64,000 bases of DNA from Eledone cirrhosa. Taxonomy: Eukaryota. Positions 40,901 to 54,170 of the stretch are shown here, one piece after another. Made by a program: the position numbers and the translations under genes. The notes below the pieces were generated by a model. The model was given only the letters and a program-made list of their open reading frames with translations, ran no database searches and was not told where the DNA came from. How positions within the stretch are numbered: the first letter of the stretch is position 1; the number at the start of each line of letters is the position of its first letter. The stretch lies in the NCBI GenBank assembly GCA_964016885.1, contig OZ024741.1, forward strand, positions 245,582,001 to 245,646,000, given 5' to 3'.

Positions 40901-43900
40901 ACAAATTATCTCCCTCTGATTTTTTTTACAAATCTCCCCCTGATTTTTTTAAAAAAATTATCTCCCCTTCGCTGGCTGGAAATTATCTTCCCTTGGACGG
41001 CTGGAAATTATCTCCCCTTGATTTTTTTTACAAATTATCTCCGCCTGATTTTTTTTTTAAATTATCTCTCCTTGGACGGCTGGAAATTATCTCCCCTTGA
41101 TTTTTTTTACAAATAATCTCCCCCTGATTTTTTTTTATAAATTATCTCCCCCTGATTTTTTTTTACAAATTATCTACCCCTGATTTTTTTTTACAAATTA
41201 TCTCCCCCTGATTTTTTTTACAAATTATCTCCCCCTGATTTTTCTTTTACAAATTATCTCCCCCTGATTTTTTTACAAATTATCTCCCCCTGATTTTTTT
41301 TACAAATTGTCTCCGCCTGATTTTTTTAAATATTATCTTCCCTTGGCTGGCGGGAAATTACCTCCCCTTGGACGGCTGGAAATTATCTGCCCTTGATTTT
41401 CTTTTTACAAATTATCTTCCACTGATTTTTTTTACAAATTATCTCCACCTGATTTTTTAAAAAATTATCTCCCCTTGGAAGGCTGGAAATTATCTCCCCT
41501 TGGACGGCTAGAAATTATCTCTCTTTGGACGGCTGGAAATTATCACCCCTTGAGTTTTTTACAAATTATCTCCCCCTGATTTTTTTTACAAATCTCCCAG
41601 TGATTTTTTAAAAAAAATTATCTCCCCTTCGCTGGCTGGAAATTATCTCCCCTTGGACGCTGGAAATTATAGCCCCTTGGAGGGCTGGAAATTATCTTCC
41701 CTTGGACGGCTGGAAATTATCTCCCCTTGATTTTTTTTACAAATTATCTCCCCCTGATTTTTTTTTACAAATTATCTCCCCCTGATGTTTTTTTACAACT
41801 TATCTGCGCCTGATTTTTTTAAAAAAATTATCTCCCCTTGGACGGCTGGAAATTATCTCCCCTTGGACGGCTGGAAATTATCTCTCCTTGGACGGCTAGA
41901 ATTTAGCTCTCCTTGGACGGCTGAAAATTATCTCCCCTTGAACGGCTGGAAATTATCTCCCCTTGATTTTTTTTACAAATTATCTCCCCCTTTTTTTTTT
42001 TTACAAATTATCTCCCCCTGATTTTTTTTTACAAATTATCTCCCCCTGATTTTTTTTTACAAATTATCTCCTCCTGATTTTTTTTACAAATTATCTCCCC
42101 CCTGATTTTTTTACAAATTATCTCCCCTTGGCTGGTTGGAAATTATCTCCCCTTGGAGGCTGGAACTTATCTCCCCTTGGACGGCTAGAAATTACCTCTC
42201 CTTGGACGGCTGGAAAATATGTCTCCTTGGACGGCTGGATATTATCTCCCCTTGGACGGCTGGAAATTATCTCCCCTTGGACGGCTGGAAATTATCTCCC
42301 CTTGGATGGCTAGATATTACCTCCCCTTGGACGGCTGGAAATTATCTCCCCTTGATTTTTTTAACAAATTATCTCCCCCTGATTTTTTTTACAAATTATC
42401 TCCCCCTGATTTTTTTAAAAAAATTATCTCCCCCTGATTTTTGTTTACAAATTATCTCCGCCTGATTTTTTTTAACAAATTATCTCCCCTTGGACGGCTG
42501 GAAATTATCTCCCCTTGGACGGCTGGAAATTATATCTCCTTGGACGGCTAGAATTTACCTCTCCTTGGACGGCTGAAAATTATCTCCCCTTGGACGGCTG
42601 GAAATTATCTCCCCTTCATTTTTTTTACAAATTATCTCCCCCTGATTTTTTTTTACAAATTATCTCCCCCTGATTTTTTTTTACAAATTATCTCCCCCTG
42701 ATTTTTTTTTACAAATTATCTCCCCCTGATTTTTTTACAAATTATCTCCCCTTGGCTGGCTGGAAATTATCTCCCCTTGGAGGCTGGAACTTATCTCCAC
42801 TTGGACGGCTAGAAATTACCTCTCCTTGGACGGCTGGAAAATATGTCTCCTTGGACGGCTGGATATTATCTCCCCTTGGACGGCTGGAAATTATCTCCCC
42901 TTGGACGGCTGGAAATTATCTCCCCTTGGATGGCTAGATATTACCTCCCCTTGGACGGCTGGAAATTATCTCCCCTTGATTTTTTTTACAAATTATCTCC
43001 CCCTGATTTTTTTTTACAAATTATCTCCCCCTGATTTTTTTTTACAAATTATCTCCCCCTGATTTTTGTTTACAAATTATCTCCGCCTGATTTTTTTTTT
43101 TAAATTATCTCCCCTTGGACGGCTGGAAATTATCTCCCCTTGGACGGCTAGAAATTACCTCTCCTTGGACGGCTGAAAATTATCTCCCCTTGGACGGCTG
43201 GAAATTATCTCCCCTTGATTTTTTTACAAATTATCTCCCCCTGATTTTTTTTTTACAAATTATCTCCCCCTGATTTTTTTTTACAAATTATCTACCCCTG
43301 ATTTTTTTTTACAAATTATCTCCCCCTGATTTTTTTTTACAAATTATCTACCCCTGATTTTTTTTACAAATTATCTCCCCCTGATTTTTTTTACAAATTA
43401 TCTCCCCCTGATTTTTTTTTTACAAATTATCTCCCCCTGATTTTTTTACAAATTATCTCCCCCTGATTTTTTTTACAAATTATCTCCGCCGGATTTTTTT
43501 AAATATTATCTTCCCTTGGCTTGCGGGAAATTATCTCCCCTTGGACGGCTGAAAATTATCTCCCCTTGGACGGCTGGAAATTATCTCTCCTTGGACGGCT
43601 AGAATTTACCTCTCCTTGGACGGCTGAAAATTATCTCCCCTTGGACGGCTGGAAATTATCTCCCCTTGATTTTTTTTACAAATTATCTCCCCCTGATTTT
43701 TTTTTACAAATTATCTCCCCCTGATTTTTTTTTACAAATTATCTCCCCCTGATTTTTTTTACAAATTATCTCCCCCTGATTTTTTTTTACAAATTATCTC
43801 CCCCTGATTTTTTTTTACAAATTATCTCCCCCTGATTTTTTTTTACAAATTATCTCCCCCTGATTTTTTTTTACAAATTATCTCCCCCTGATTTTTTTTT

Positions 43901-46900
43901 ACAAATTATCTCCCCCTGATTTTTTTTTACAAATTATCTCCGCCTGATTTTTTTTAAAAATTACCTCCCCTTGGACGGCTGGAAATTATCTCCCCTTGGA
44001 CGGCTGGAAATTATCTCCCCTTGGACGGCTAGAAATTATCTCTCCTTGGACGGCTGAAAATTATCTCCCCTTGGACGGCTGCAAATTATCTCCCCTTGAT
44101 TTTTTTTACAAATTATCTCCCCCTGATTTTTTTTACAAATTATCTCCCCCTGATTTTTTTTACAAATTATCTACCCCTGATTTTTTTTACAAATTATCTC
44201 CCCCTGATTTTTTTTTACAAATTATCTCCCCCTGATTTTTTTTTACAAATTATCTCCCCCTGATTTTTCTTTTACAAATTATCTCCCCCTGATTTTTTTA
44301 CAAAGTATCTCCCCCTGATTTTTTTTACAATCTCCGCCTGATTTTTTTAAAAATTATCTTCCCTTGGCTGGCGGGAAATTATCTCCCCTTGGACGGCTGG
44401 AAATTATCTCCCCTTGGAAGGATGGAAATTATCTCCCCTTGGACGGCTGGAAATTATCTCCCCTTGCACGGCTGGAAATTATCTCCCCTTGGACGGATAG
44501 ATATTACCTCCCCTTGGACGGCTGGAAATTATCTCCCCTTGATTTTTTTACAAATTATCTTCCCCTGATTTATTTTACAAATCTCCCAATGATTTTTAAA
44601 AAAAAATTATCTCCCCTTCGCTGGCTGGAAATTATCTCCCCTTGGACGCTGGAAATTATAGCCCCTTGGAGGGCTGGAAATTATCTTCCCTTGGACGGCT
44701 GGAAATTATCTCCCCTTGATTTTTTTTACAAATTATCTCCCCCTGATTTTTTTTACAAATTATCTCCCCCTGATTTTTTTTACAAATTATCTACCCCTGA
44801 TTTTTTTTACAAATTATCTCCCCCTGATTTTTTTTTACAAATTATCTCCCCCTGATTTTTTTTTACAAATTATCTCCCCCTGATTTTTTTACAAATTATC
44901 TCCCCCTGATTTTTTTTACAAATTATCTCCGCCTGATTTTTTTAAATATTATCTTCCCTTGGCTGGCGGGAAATTATCTCCCCTTGGACGGCTGGAAATT
45001 ATCTGCCCTTGATTTTCTTTTTACAAATTATCTTCCACTGATTTTTTTTTACAAATTATCTCCACCTGATTTTTTAAAAAATTATCTCCCCTTGGAAGGC
45101 TGGAAATTATCTCCCCTTGGACGGCTGGAAATTATCTCCCCTTGGACGGCTAGAAATTATCTCTCCTTGGACGGCTGAAAATTATCTCCCCTTGGACGGC
45201 TGCAAATTATCTCCCCTTGATTTTTTTTACAAATTATCTCCCCCTGATTTTTTTTACAAATTATCTCCCCCTGATTTTTTTTACAAATTATCTACCCCTG
45301 ATTTTTTTTACAAATTATCTCCCCCTGATTTTTTTTACAAATTATCTCCCCCTGATTTTTTTTTACAAATTATCTCCCCCTGATTTTTTTTTTACAAATT
45401 ATCTCCCCCTGATTTTTTTACAAATTATCTCCCCCTGATTTTTTTTACAATCTCCGCCTGATTTTTTTAAAAATTATCTTCCCTTGGCTGGCGGGAAATT
45501 ATCTCCCCTTGGACGGCTGGAAATTATCTCCCCTTGGAAGGATGGAAATTATCTCCCCTTGGACGGCTGGAAATTATCTCCCCTTGCACGGCTGGAAATT
45601 ATCTCCCCTTGGCTGGAAATTATCTCCCCTTGGACGGCTAGAAATTATCTCTCTTTGGACGGCTGGAAATTATCTCCCTTTGATTTTTTTTACAAATTAT
45701 CTCCCTCTGATTTTTTTTACAAATCTCCCCCTGATTTTTTAAAAAAAATTATCTCCCCTTCGCTGGCTGGAAATTATCTTCCCTTGGACGGCTGGAAATT
45801 ATCTCACCTTGATTTTTTTTACAAATTATCTCCGCCTGATTTTTTTTTTAAATTATCTCTCCTTGGACGGCTGGAAATTATCTCCCCTTGATTTTTTTTA
45901 CAAATAATCTCCCCCTGATTTTTTTTTATAAATTATCTCCCCCTGATTTTTTTTTACAAATTATCTACCCCTGATTTTTTTTTACAAATTATCTCCCCCT
46001 GATTTTTTTTACAAATTATCTCCCCCTGATTTTTCTTTTACAAATTATCTCCCCCTGATTTTTTTACAAATTATCTCCCCCTGATTTTTTTTACAAATTG
46101 TCTCCGCCTGATTTTTTTAAATATTATCTTCCCTTGGCTGGCGGGAAATTACCTCCCCTTGGACGGCTGGAAATTATCTGCCCTTGATTTTCTTTTTACA
46201 AATTATCTTCCACTGATTTTTTTTACAAATTATCTCCACCTGATTTTTTAAAAAATTATCTCCCCTTGGAAGGCTGGAAATTATCTCCCCTTGGCTGGAA
46301 ATTATCTCCCCTTGGACGGCTAGAAATTATCTCTCTTTGGACGGCTGGAAATTATCACCCCTTGATTTTTTAACAAATTATCTCCCCCTGATTTTTTTTA
46401 CAAATCTCCCAGTGATTTTTTAAAAAAAATTATCTCCCCTTCGCTGGCTGGAAATTATCTCCCCTTGGACGCTGGAAATTATAGCCCCTTGGAGGGCTGG
46501 AAATTATCTTCCCTTGGACGGCCGGAAATTATCTCCCCTTGATTTTTTTTACAAATTATCTCCCCCTGATTTTTTTTTACAAATTATCTCCCCCTGATTT
46601 TTTTTTACAACTTATCTGCGCCTGATTTTTTTAAAAAAATTATCTCCCCTTGGACGGCTGGAAATTATCTCCCCTTGGACGGCTGGAAATTATCTCTCCT
46701 TGGACGGCTAGAATTTACCTCTCCTTGGACGGCTGAAAATTATCTCCCCTTGGACGGCTGGAAATTATCTCCCCTTGATTTTTTTTACAAATTATCTCCC
46801 CCTTTTTTTTTTTTACAAATTATCTCCCCCTGATTTTTTTTTACAAATTATCTCCCCCTGATTTTTTTTTACAAATTATCTCCCCCTGATTTTTTTTACA

Positions 46901-49900
46901 AATTATCTCCCCCCTGATTTTTTTACAAATTATCTCCCCTTGGACGGCTAGAAATTACCTCTCCTTGGACGGCTGGAAAATATGTCTCCTTGGACGGCTG
47001 GATATTATCTCCCCTTGGACGGCTGGAAATTATCTCCCCTTGGACGGCTGGAAATTATCTCCCCTTGGATGGCTAGATATTACCTCCCCTTGGACGGCTG
47101 GAAATTATCTCCCCTTGATTTTTTTAACAAATTATCTCCCCCTGATTTGTTTTTACAAATGATCTCCCCCTGATTTTTTTAAAAAAATTATCTCCCCCTG
47201 ATTTTTGTTTACAAATTATCTCCGCCTGATTTTTTTTAACAAATTATCTCCCCTTGGACGGCTGGAAATTATCTCCCCTTGGACGGCTGGAAATTATATC
47301 TCCTTGGACGGCTAGAATTTACCTCTCCTTGGACGGCTGAAAATTATCTCCCCTTGGACGGCTGGAAATTATCTCCCCTTGATTTTTTTTACAAATCATC
47401 TCCTGCTGATTTTTTTTTACAAATTATCTCCCCCTGATTTTTTTTACAAATTATCTCCCCCTGATTTTTTTACAAATTATCTCCCCTTGGCTGGCTGGAA
47501 ATTATCTCCCCTTGGAGGCTGGAACTTATCTCCCCTTGGACGGCTAGAAATTACCTCTCCTTGGACGGCTGGAAAATATGTCTCCTTGGACGGCTGGATA
47601 TTATCTCCCCTTGGACGGCTGGAAATTATCTCCCCTTGGACGGCTGGAAATTATCTCCCCTTGGATGGCTAGATATTACCTCCCGTTGGACGGCTGGAAA
47701 TTATCTCCCCTTGATTTTTTTTACAAATTATCTCCCCCTGATTTTTTTTTACAAATTATCTCCCCCTGATTTTTTTTTACAAATTATCTCCCCCTGATTT
47801 TTGTTTACAAATTATCTCCGCCTGATTTTTTTTTAAAAATTATCTCCCCTTGGACGGCTGGAAATTATCTCCCCTTGGACGGCTAGAAATTACCTCTCCT
47901 TGGACGGCTGAAAATTATCTCCCCTTGGACGGCTGGAAATTATCTCCCCTTGATTTTTTTACAAATTATCTCCCTCTGATTTTTTTTTTACAAATTATCT
48001 CCCCCTGATTTTTTTTTACAAATTATCTACCCCTGATTTTTTTTTACAAATTATCTCCCCCTGATTTTTTTTTACAAATTATCTACCCCTGATTTTTTTT
48101 ACAAATTATCTCCCCCTGATTTTTTTTACAAATTATCTCCCCCTGATTTTTTTTTACAAATTATCTCCCCCTGATTTTTTTACAAATTATCTCCCCCTGA
48201 TTTTTTTTACAAATTATCTCCGCCGGATTTTTTTAAATATTATCTTCCCTTGGCTTGCGGGAAATTATCTCCCCTTGGACAGCTGAAAATTATCTCCCCT
48301 TGGACGGCTGGAAATTATCTCCCCTTGATTTTTTTTACAAATTATCTCCCCCTGATTTTTTTTTACAAATTATCTCCCCCTGATTTTTTTTACAAATTAT
48401 CTCCCCCTGATTTTTTTTTACAAATTATCTCCCCCTGATTTTTTTTACAAATTATCTCCCCCTGATTTTTTTTACAAATTATCTCCCCCTGATTTTTTTT
48501 ACAAATTATCTCCCCCTGATTTTTTTACAAATTATCTCCCCCTGATTTTTTTTACAAATTATCTCCGCCTGATTTTTTTAAATATTATCTTCCCTTGGCT
48601 GGCGGGAAATTATCTCCCCTTGGACGGCTGGAAATTATCTGCCCTTGATTTTCTTTTTACAAATTAACTTCCACTGATTTTTTTTACAAATTATCTCCAC
48701 CTGATTTTTTTAAAAATTATCTCCCCTTGGAAGGCTGGAAATTATCTCCCCTTGGCTGGAAATTATCTCCCCTTGGACGGCTAAAAATTATCTCTCTTTG
48801 GACGGCTGGAAATTATCACCCCTTGAGTTTTTTACAAATTATCTCCCCCTGATTTTTTTTACAAATCTCCCAGTGATTTTTAAAAAAAAATTATCTTCCC
48901 TTCGCTGGCTGGAAATTATCTCCCCTTGGACGCTGGAAATTATAGCCCCTTGGAGGGCTGGAAATTATCTTCCCTTGGACGGCTGGAAATTATCTCCCCT
49001 TGGACGGCTGGAAATTATCTCTCCTTGGACGGCTAGAATTTACCTCTCCTTGGACGGCTGAAAATTATCTCCCCTTGGACGGCTGGAAATTATCTCCCCT
49101 TGATTTTTTTTACAAATTATCTCCCCCTGATTTTTTTCTACAAATTATCTCCCCCTGATTTTTTTTTACAAATTATCTCCCCCTGATTTTTTTTTACAAA
49201 TTATCTCCCCCTAATTTTTTTTTACAAATTATCTCCCCCTGATTTTTTTTTACAAATTATCTCCCCCTGATTTTTTTTTACAAATTATCTCCGCCTGATT
49301 TTTTTTTAAAAATTACCTCCCCTTGGACGGCTGGAAATTATCTCCCCTTGGACGGCTGGAAATTATCTCCCCTTGGACGGCTAGAAATTATCTCTCCTTG
49401 GACGGCTGAAAATTATCTCCCCTTGGACGGCTGCAAATTATCTCCCCTTGATTTTTTTTACAAATTATCTCCCCCTGATTTTTTTTACAAATTATCTCCC
49501 CCTGATTTTTTTTACAAATTATCTACCCCTGATTTTTTTTACAAATTATCTCCCCCTGATTTTTTTTTACAAATTATCTCCCCCTGATTTTTTTTTACAA
49601 ATTATCTCCCCCTGATTTTTCTTTTACAAACTATCTCCCCCTGATTTTTTTACAAAGTATCTCCCCCTGATTTTTTTTACAATCTCCGCCTGATTTTTTT
49701 AAAAATTATCTTCCCTTGGCTGGCGGGAAATTATCTCCCCTTGGACGGCTGGAAATTATCTCCCCTTGGAAGGATGGAAATTATCTCCCCTTGGACGGCT
49801 GGAAATTATCTCCCCTTGCACGGCTGGAAATTATCTCCCCTTGGACGGCTAGAAATTATCTCTCTTTGGACGGCTGGAAATTATCTCCCTTTGATTTTTT

Positions 49901-52676
49901 TTACAAATTATCTCCCTCTGATTTTTTTTACAAATCTCCCCCTGATTTTTTAAAAAAAATTATCTCCCCTTCGCTGGCTGGAAATTATCTCCCCTTGGAC
50001 ACTGGAAATTATAGCCCCTTGGAGGGCCGGAAATTATCTTCCCTTGGACGGCTGGAAATTATCTCCCACTGATTTTTTTTACAAATTATCTCCGCCTTAT
50101 TTTTTTAAAAAATTATCTCTCCTTGGACGGCTGGAAATTATCTCCCCTTGATTTTTTTTACAAATAATCTCCCCCTGATTTTTTTTTACAAATTATCTCC
50201 CCCTGATTTTTTTTTACAAATTATCTACCCCTGATTTTTTTTTACAAATTATCTCCCCCTGATTTTTTTTACGAATTATCTCCCCCTGATTTTTCTTTTA
50301 CAAATTATCTCCCCCTGATTTTTTTTACAAATTATCTCCGCCTGATTTTTTTAAATATTATCTTCCCTTGGCTGGCGGGAAATTATCTCCCCTTGGACGG
50401 CTGGAAATTATCTGCCCTTGATTTTCTTTTTACAAATTATCTTCCACTGATTTTTTTTACAAATTATCTCCACCTGATTTTTTAAAAAATTATCTCCCCT
50501 TGGAAGGCTGGAAATTATCTCCCCTTGGCTGGAAATTATCTCCCCTTGGACGGCTAGAAATTATCTCTCTTTGTACGGCTGGAAATTATCACCCCTTGAG
50601 TTTTTTACAAATTATCTCCCCCTGATATTTTTTACAAATCTCCCAGTGTTTTTTAAAAAAAATTATCTCCCCTTCGCTGGCTGGAAATTATCTCCCCTTG
50701 GACGCTGGAAATTATAGCCCCTTGGAGGGCTGGAAATTATCTTCCCTTGGACGGCTGGAAATTATCTCCCCTTGGACGGCTGGAAATTATCTCTCCTTGG
50801 ACGGCTAGAATTTACCTCTCCTTGGACGGCTGAAAATTATCTCCCCTTGGACGGCTGGAAATTATCTCCCCTTGATTTTTTTTACAAATTATCTCCCCCT
50901 GATTTTTTTTTACAAATTATCTCCCCCTGATTTTTTTTTACAAATTATCTCCCCCTGATTTTTTTTTACAAATTATCTCCCCCTGATTTTTTTTACAAAT
51001 TATCTCCCCCTGATTTTTTTACAAATTATCTCCCCTTGGCTGGCTGGAAATTATCTCCCCTTGGAGGCTGGAACTTATGTCCCCTTGGACGGCTAGAAAT
51101 TACCTCTCCTTGGACGGCTGGAAAATATGTCTCCTTGGACGGCTGGATATTATCTCCCCTTGGACGGCTGGAAATTATCTCCCCTTGGACGGCTGGAAAT
51201 TATCTCCCCTTGGATGGCTAGATATTACCTCCCCTTGGACGGCTGGAAATTATCTCCCCTTGATTTTTTTACAAATTATCTCCCCCTGATTTTTTTTTAC
51301 AAATTATCTCCCCCTGATTTTTTTTTACAAATTATCTCCCCCTGATTTTTGTTTACAAATTATCTCCGCCTGGTTTTTTTTTTAAATTATCTCCCCTTGG
51401 ACGGCTGGAAATTATCTCCCCTTGGACGGCTAGAAATTACCTCTCCTTGGACGGCTGAAAATTATCTCCCCTTGGACGGCTGGAAATTATCTCCCCTTGA
51501 TTTTTTTACAAATTATCTCCCCCTGATTTTTTTTTTACAAATTATCTCCCCCTGATTTTTTTTTTACAAATTATCTCCCCCTGATTTTTTTTTACAAATT
51601 ATCTACCCCTGATTTTTTTTACAAATTATCTCCCCCTGATTTTTTTTACAAATTATCTCCCCCTGATTTTTTTTTACAAATTATCTCCCCCTGATTTTTT
51701 TACAAATTATCTCCCCCTGATTTTTTTTACAAATTATCTCCGCCTGATTTTTTTAAATATTATCTTCCCTTGGCTGGCGGGAAATTATCTCCCCTTGGAC
51801 GGCTGAAAATTATCTCCCCTTGGACGGCTGGAAATTATCTCCCCTTGATTTTTTTTACAAATTATCTCCCCCTGATTTTTTTTTACAAATTATCTCCCCC
51901 TGATTTTTTTACAAATTATCTCCCCCTGATTTTTTTTTACAAATTATCTCCCCCTGATTTTTTTTACAAATTATCTCCCTCTGATTTTTTTACAAATTAT
52001 CTCCCCTTGGCTGGCTGGAAATTATCTCCCCTTGGACGGCTAGAAATTACCTCTCCTTGGACGGCTGGAAAATATGTCTCCTTGGACGGCTGGATATTAT
52101 CTCCCCTTGGACGGCTGGAAATTATCTCCCCTTGGACGGCTGGAAATTATCTCCCCTTGGACGGATAGATATTACCTCCCCTTGGACGGCTGGAAATTAT
52201 CTCCCCTTGATTTTTTTACAAATTATCTCCCCCTGATTTATTTTACAAATCTCCCAATGATTTAAAAAAAAAAATTATCTCCCCTTCGCTGGCTGGAAAT
52301 TATCTCCCCTTGGACGCTGGAAATTATAGCCCCTTGGAGGGCTGGAAATTATCTTCCCTTGGACGGCTGGAAATTATCTCCCATTGATTTTTTTTACAAA
52401 TTATCTCCCCCTGATTTTTTTTTACAAATTATCTCCCCCTGATTTTTTTTACAAATTATCTACCCCTGATTTTTTTTACAAATTATCTCCCCCTGATTTT
52501 TTTTTACAAATTATCTCCCCCTGATTTTTTTTTACAAATTATGTCCCCCTGATTTTTTTACAAATTATCTCCCCCTGATTTTTTTTACAATCTCCGCCTG
52601 ATTTTTTTAAAAATTATCTTCCGTTAGCTGGCTGGAAATTATCTCCCCTTGGACACTGGAAATTATAGCCCCTTGG
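37740..52676 (+). repeat. Large intra-array duplication, copy 2 (partner at ~8430-23555)
   Basis: The same rare variants occur in the same order as in copy 1, for example TCTATCCTTGG, TTGAACGCCTGG, AATTTAGCTCT, GGCCGGAAA and TTACGAATT. The copies diverge after ATAGCCCCTTGG at ~23555/~52676. Confidence 0.9.
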
Positions 52677-54170
52677 AGGGCTGGAAATTATCTTCCCTTG
52701 GACGGCTGGAAATTATCTCCCCTTGATTTTTTTTACAAATTATCTCCGCCTGATTTTTTTTTACAAATTATCTCCCCCTGATTTTTCTTTTACAAATTAT
52801 CTCCCCCTGATTTTTTTACAAATTATCTCCCCCTGATTTTTTTTACAAATTATCTCCGCCTGATTTTTTTAAATATTATCTTCCCTTGGCTGGCGGGAAA
52901 TTATCTCCCCTTGGACGGCTGGAAATTATCTGCCCTTGATTTTCTTTTTACAAATTATCTTCCACTGATTTTTTTTACAAATTATCTCCACCTGATTTTT
53001 TAAAAAATTATCTCCCCTTGGAAGGCTGGAAATTATCTCCCCTTGGACGGCTAGAAATTATCTCTCCTTGGACGGCTGAAAATTATCTCCCCTTGGACGG
53101 CTGCAAATTATCTCCCCTTGATTTTTTTTACAAATTATCTCCCCCTGATTTTTTTTACAAATTATCTCCCCCTAATTTTTTTTACAAATTATCTACCCCT
53201 GATTTTTTTTACAAATTATCTCCCCCTGATTTTTTTTTACAAATTATCTCCCCCTGATTTTTTTTTACAAATTATCTCCCCCTGATTTTTTTTTTACAAA
53301 TTATCTCCCCCTGATTTTTTTACAAATTATCTCCCCCTGATTTTTTTTACAATCTCCGCCTGATTTTTTTAAAAATTATCTTCCCTTGGCTGGCGGGAAA
53401 TTATCTCCCCTTGGACGGCTGGAAATTATCTCCCCTTGGAAGGATGGAAATTATCTCCCCTTGGACGGCTGGAAATTATCTCCCCTTGCACGGCTGGAAA
53501 TTATCTCCCCTTGGCTGGAAATTATCTCCCCTTGGACGGCTAGAAATTATCTCTCTTTGGACGGCTGGAAATTATCTCCCTTTGATTTTTTTTACAAATT
53601 ATCTCCCTCTGATTTTTTTTACAAATCTCCCCCTGATTTTTTTAAAAAAATTATCTCCCCTTCGCTGGCTGGAAATTATCTTCCCTTGGACGGCTGGAAA
53701 TTATCTCCCCTTGATTTTTTTTACAAATTATCTCCGCCTGATTTTTTTTAAAAATTATCTCTCCTTAGACGGCTGGAAATTATCTCCCCTTGATTTTTTT
53801 TACAAATAATCTCCCCCTGATTTTTTTATACAAATTATCTCCCCCTGATTTTTTTTTACAAATTATCTACCCCTGATTTTTTTTTACAAATTATCTCCCC
53901 CTGATTTTTTTTACAAATTATCTCCCCCTGATTTTTCTTTTACAAATTATCTCCCCCTGATTTTTTTACAAATTATCTCCCCCTGATTTTTTTTACAAAT
54001 TGTCTCTGCCTGATTTTTTTAAATATTATCTTCCCGTGGCTGGCGGGAAATTACCTCCCCTTGGACGGCTGGAAATTATCTGTCCTTGATTTTCTTTTTA
54101 CAAATTATCTTCCACTGATTTTTTTTACAAATTATCTCCACCTGATTTTTTAAAAAATTATCTCCCCTTG
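52160..54170 (+). repeat. ~2.0 kb block duplicated at offset 7478 (partner ~59638-61648)
   Basis: Marker ORF pairs 53018/60496, 53386/60864 and 53411/60889. Shared variants CCGTTAGCTGG, CCTTAGACGG, TTTATACAAA, TTGTCTCTGCC and CCCGTGGC. Confidence 0.88.
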
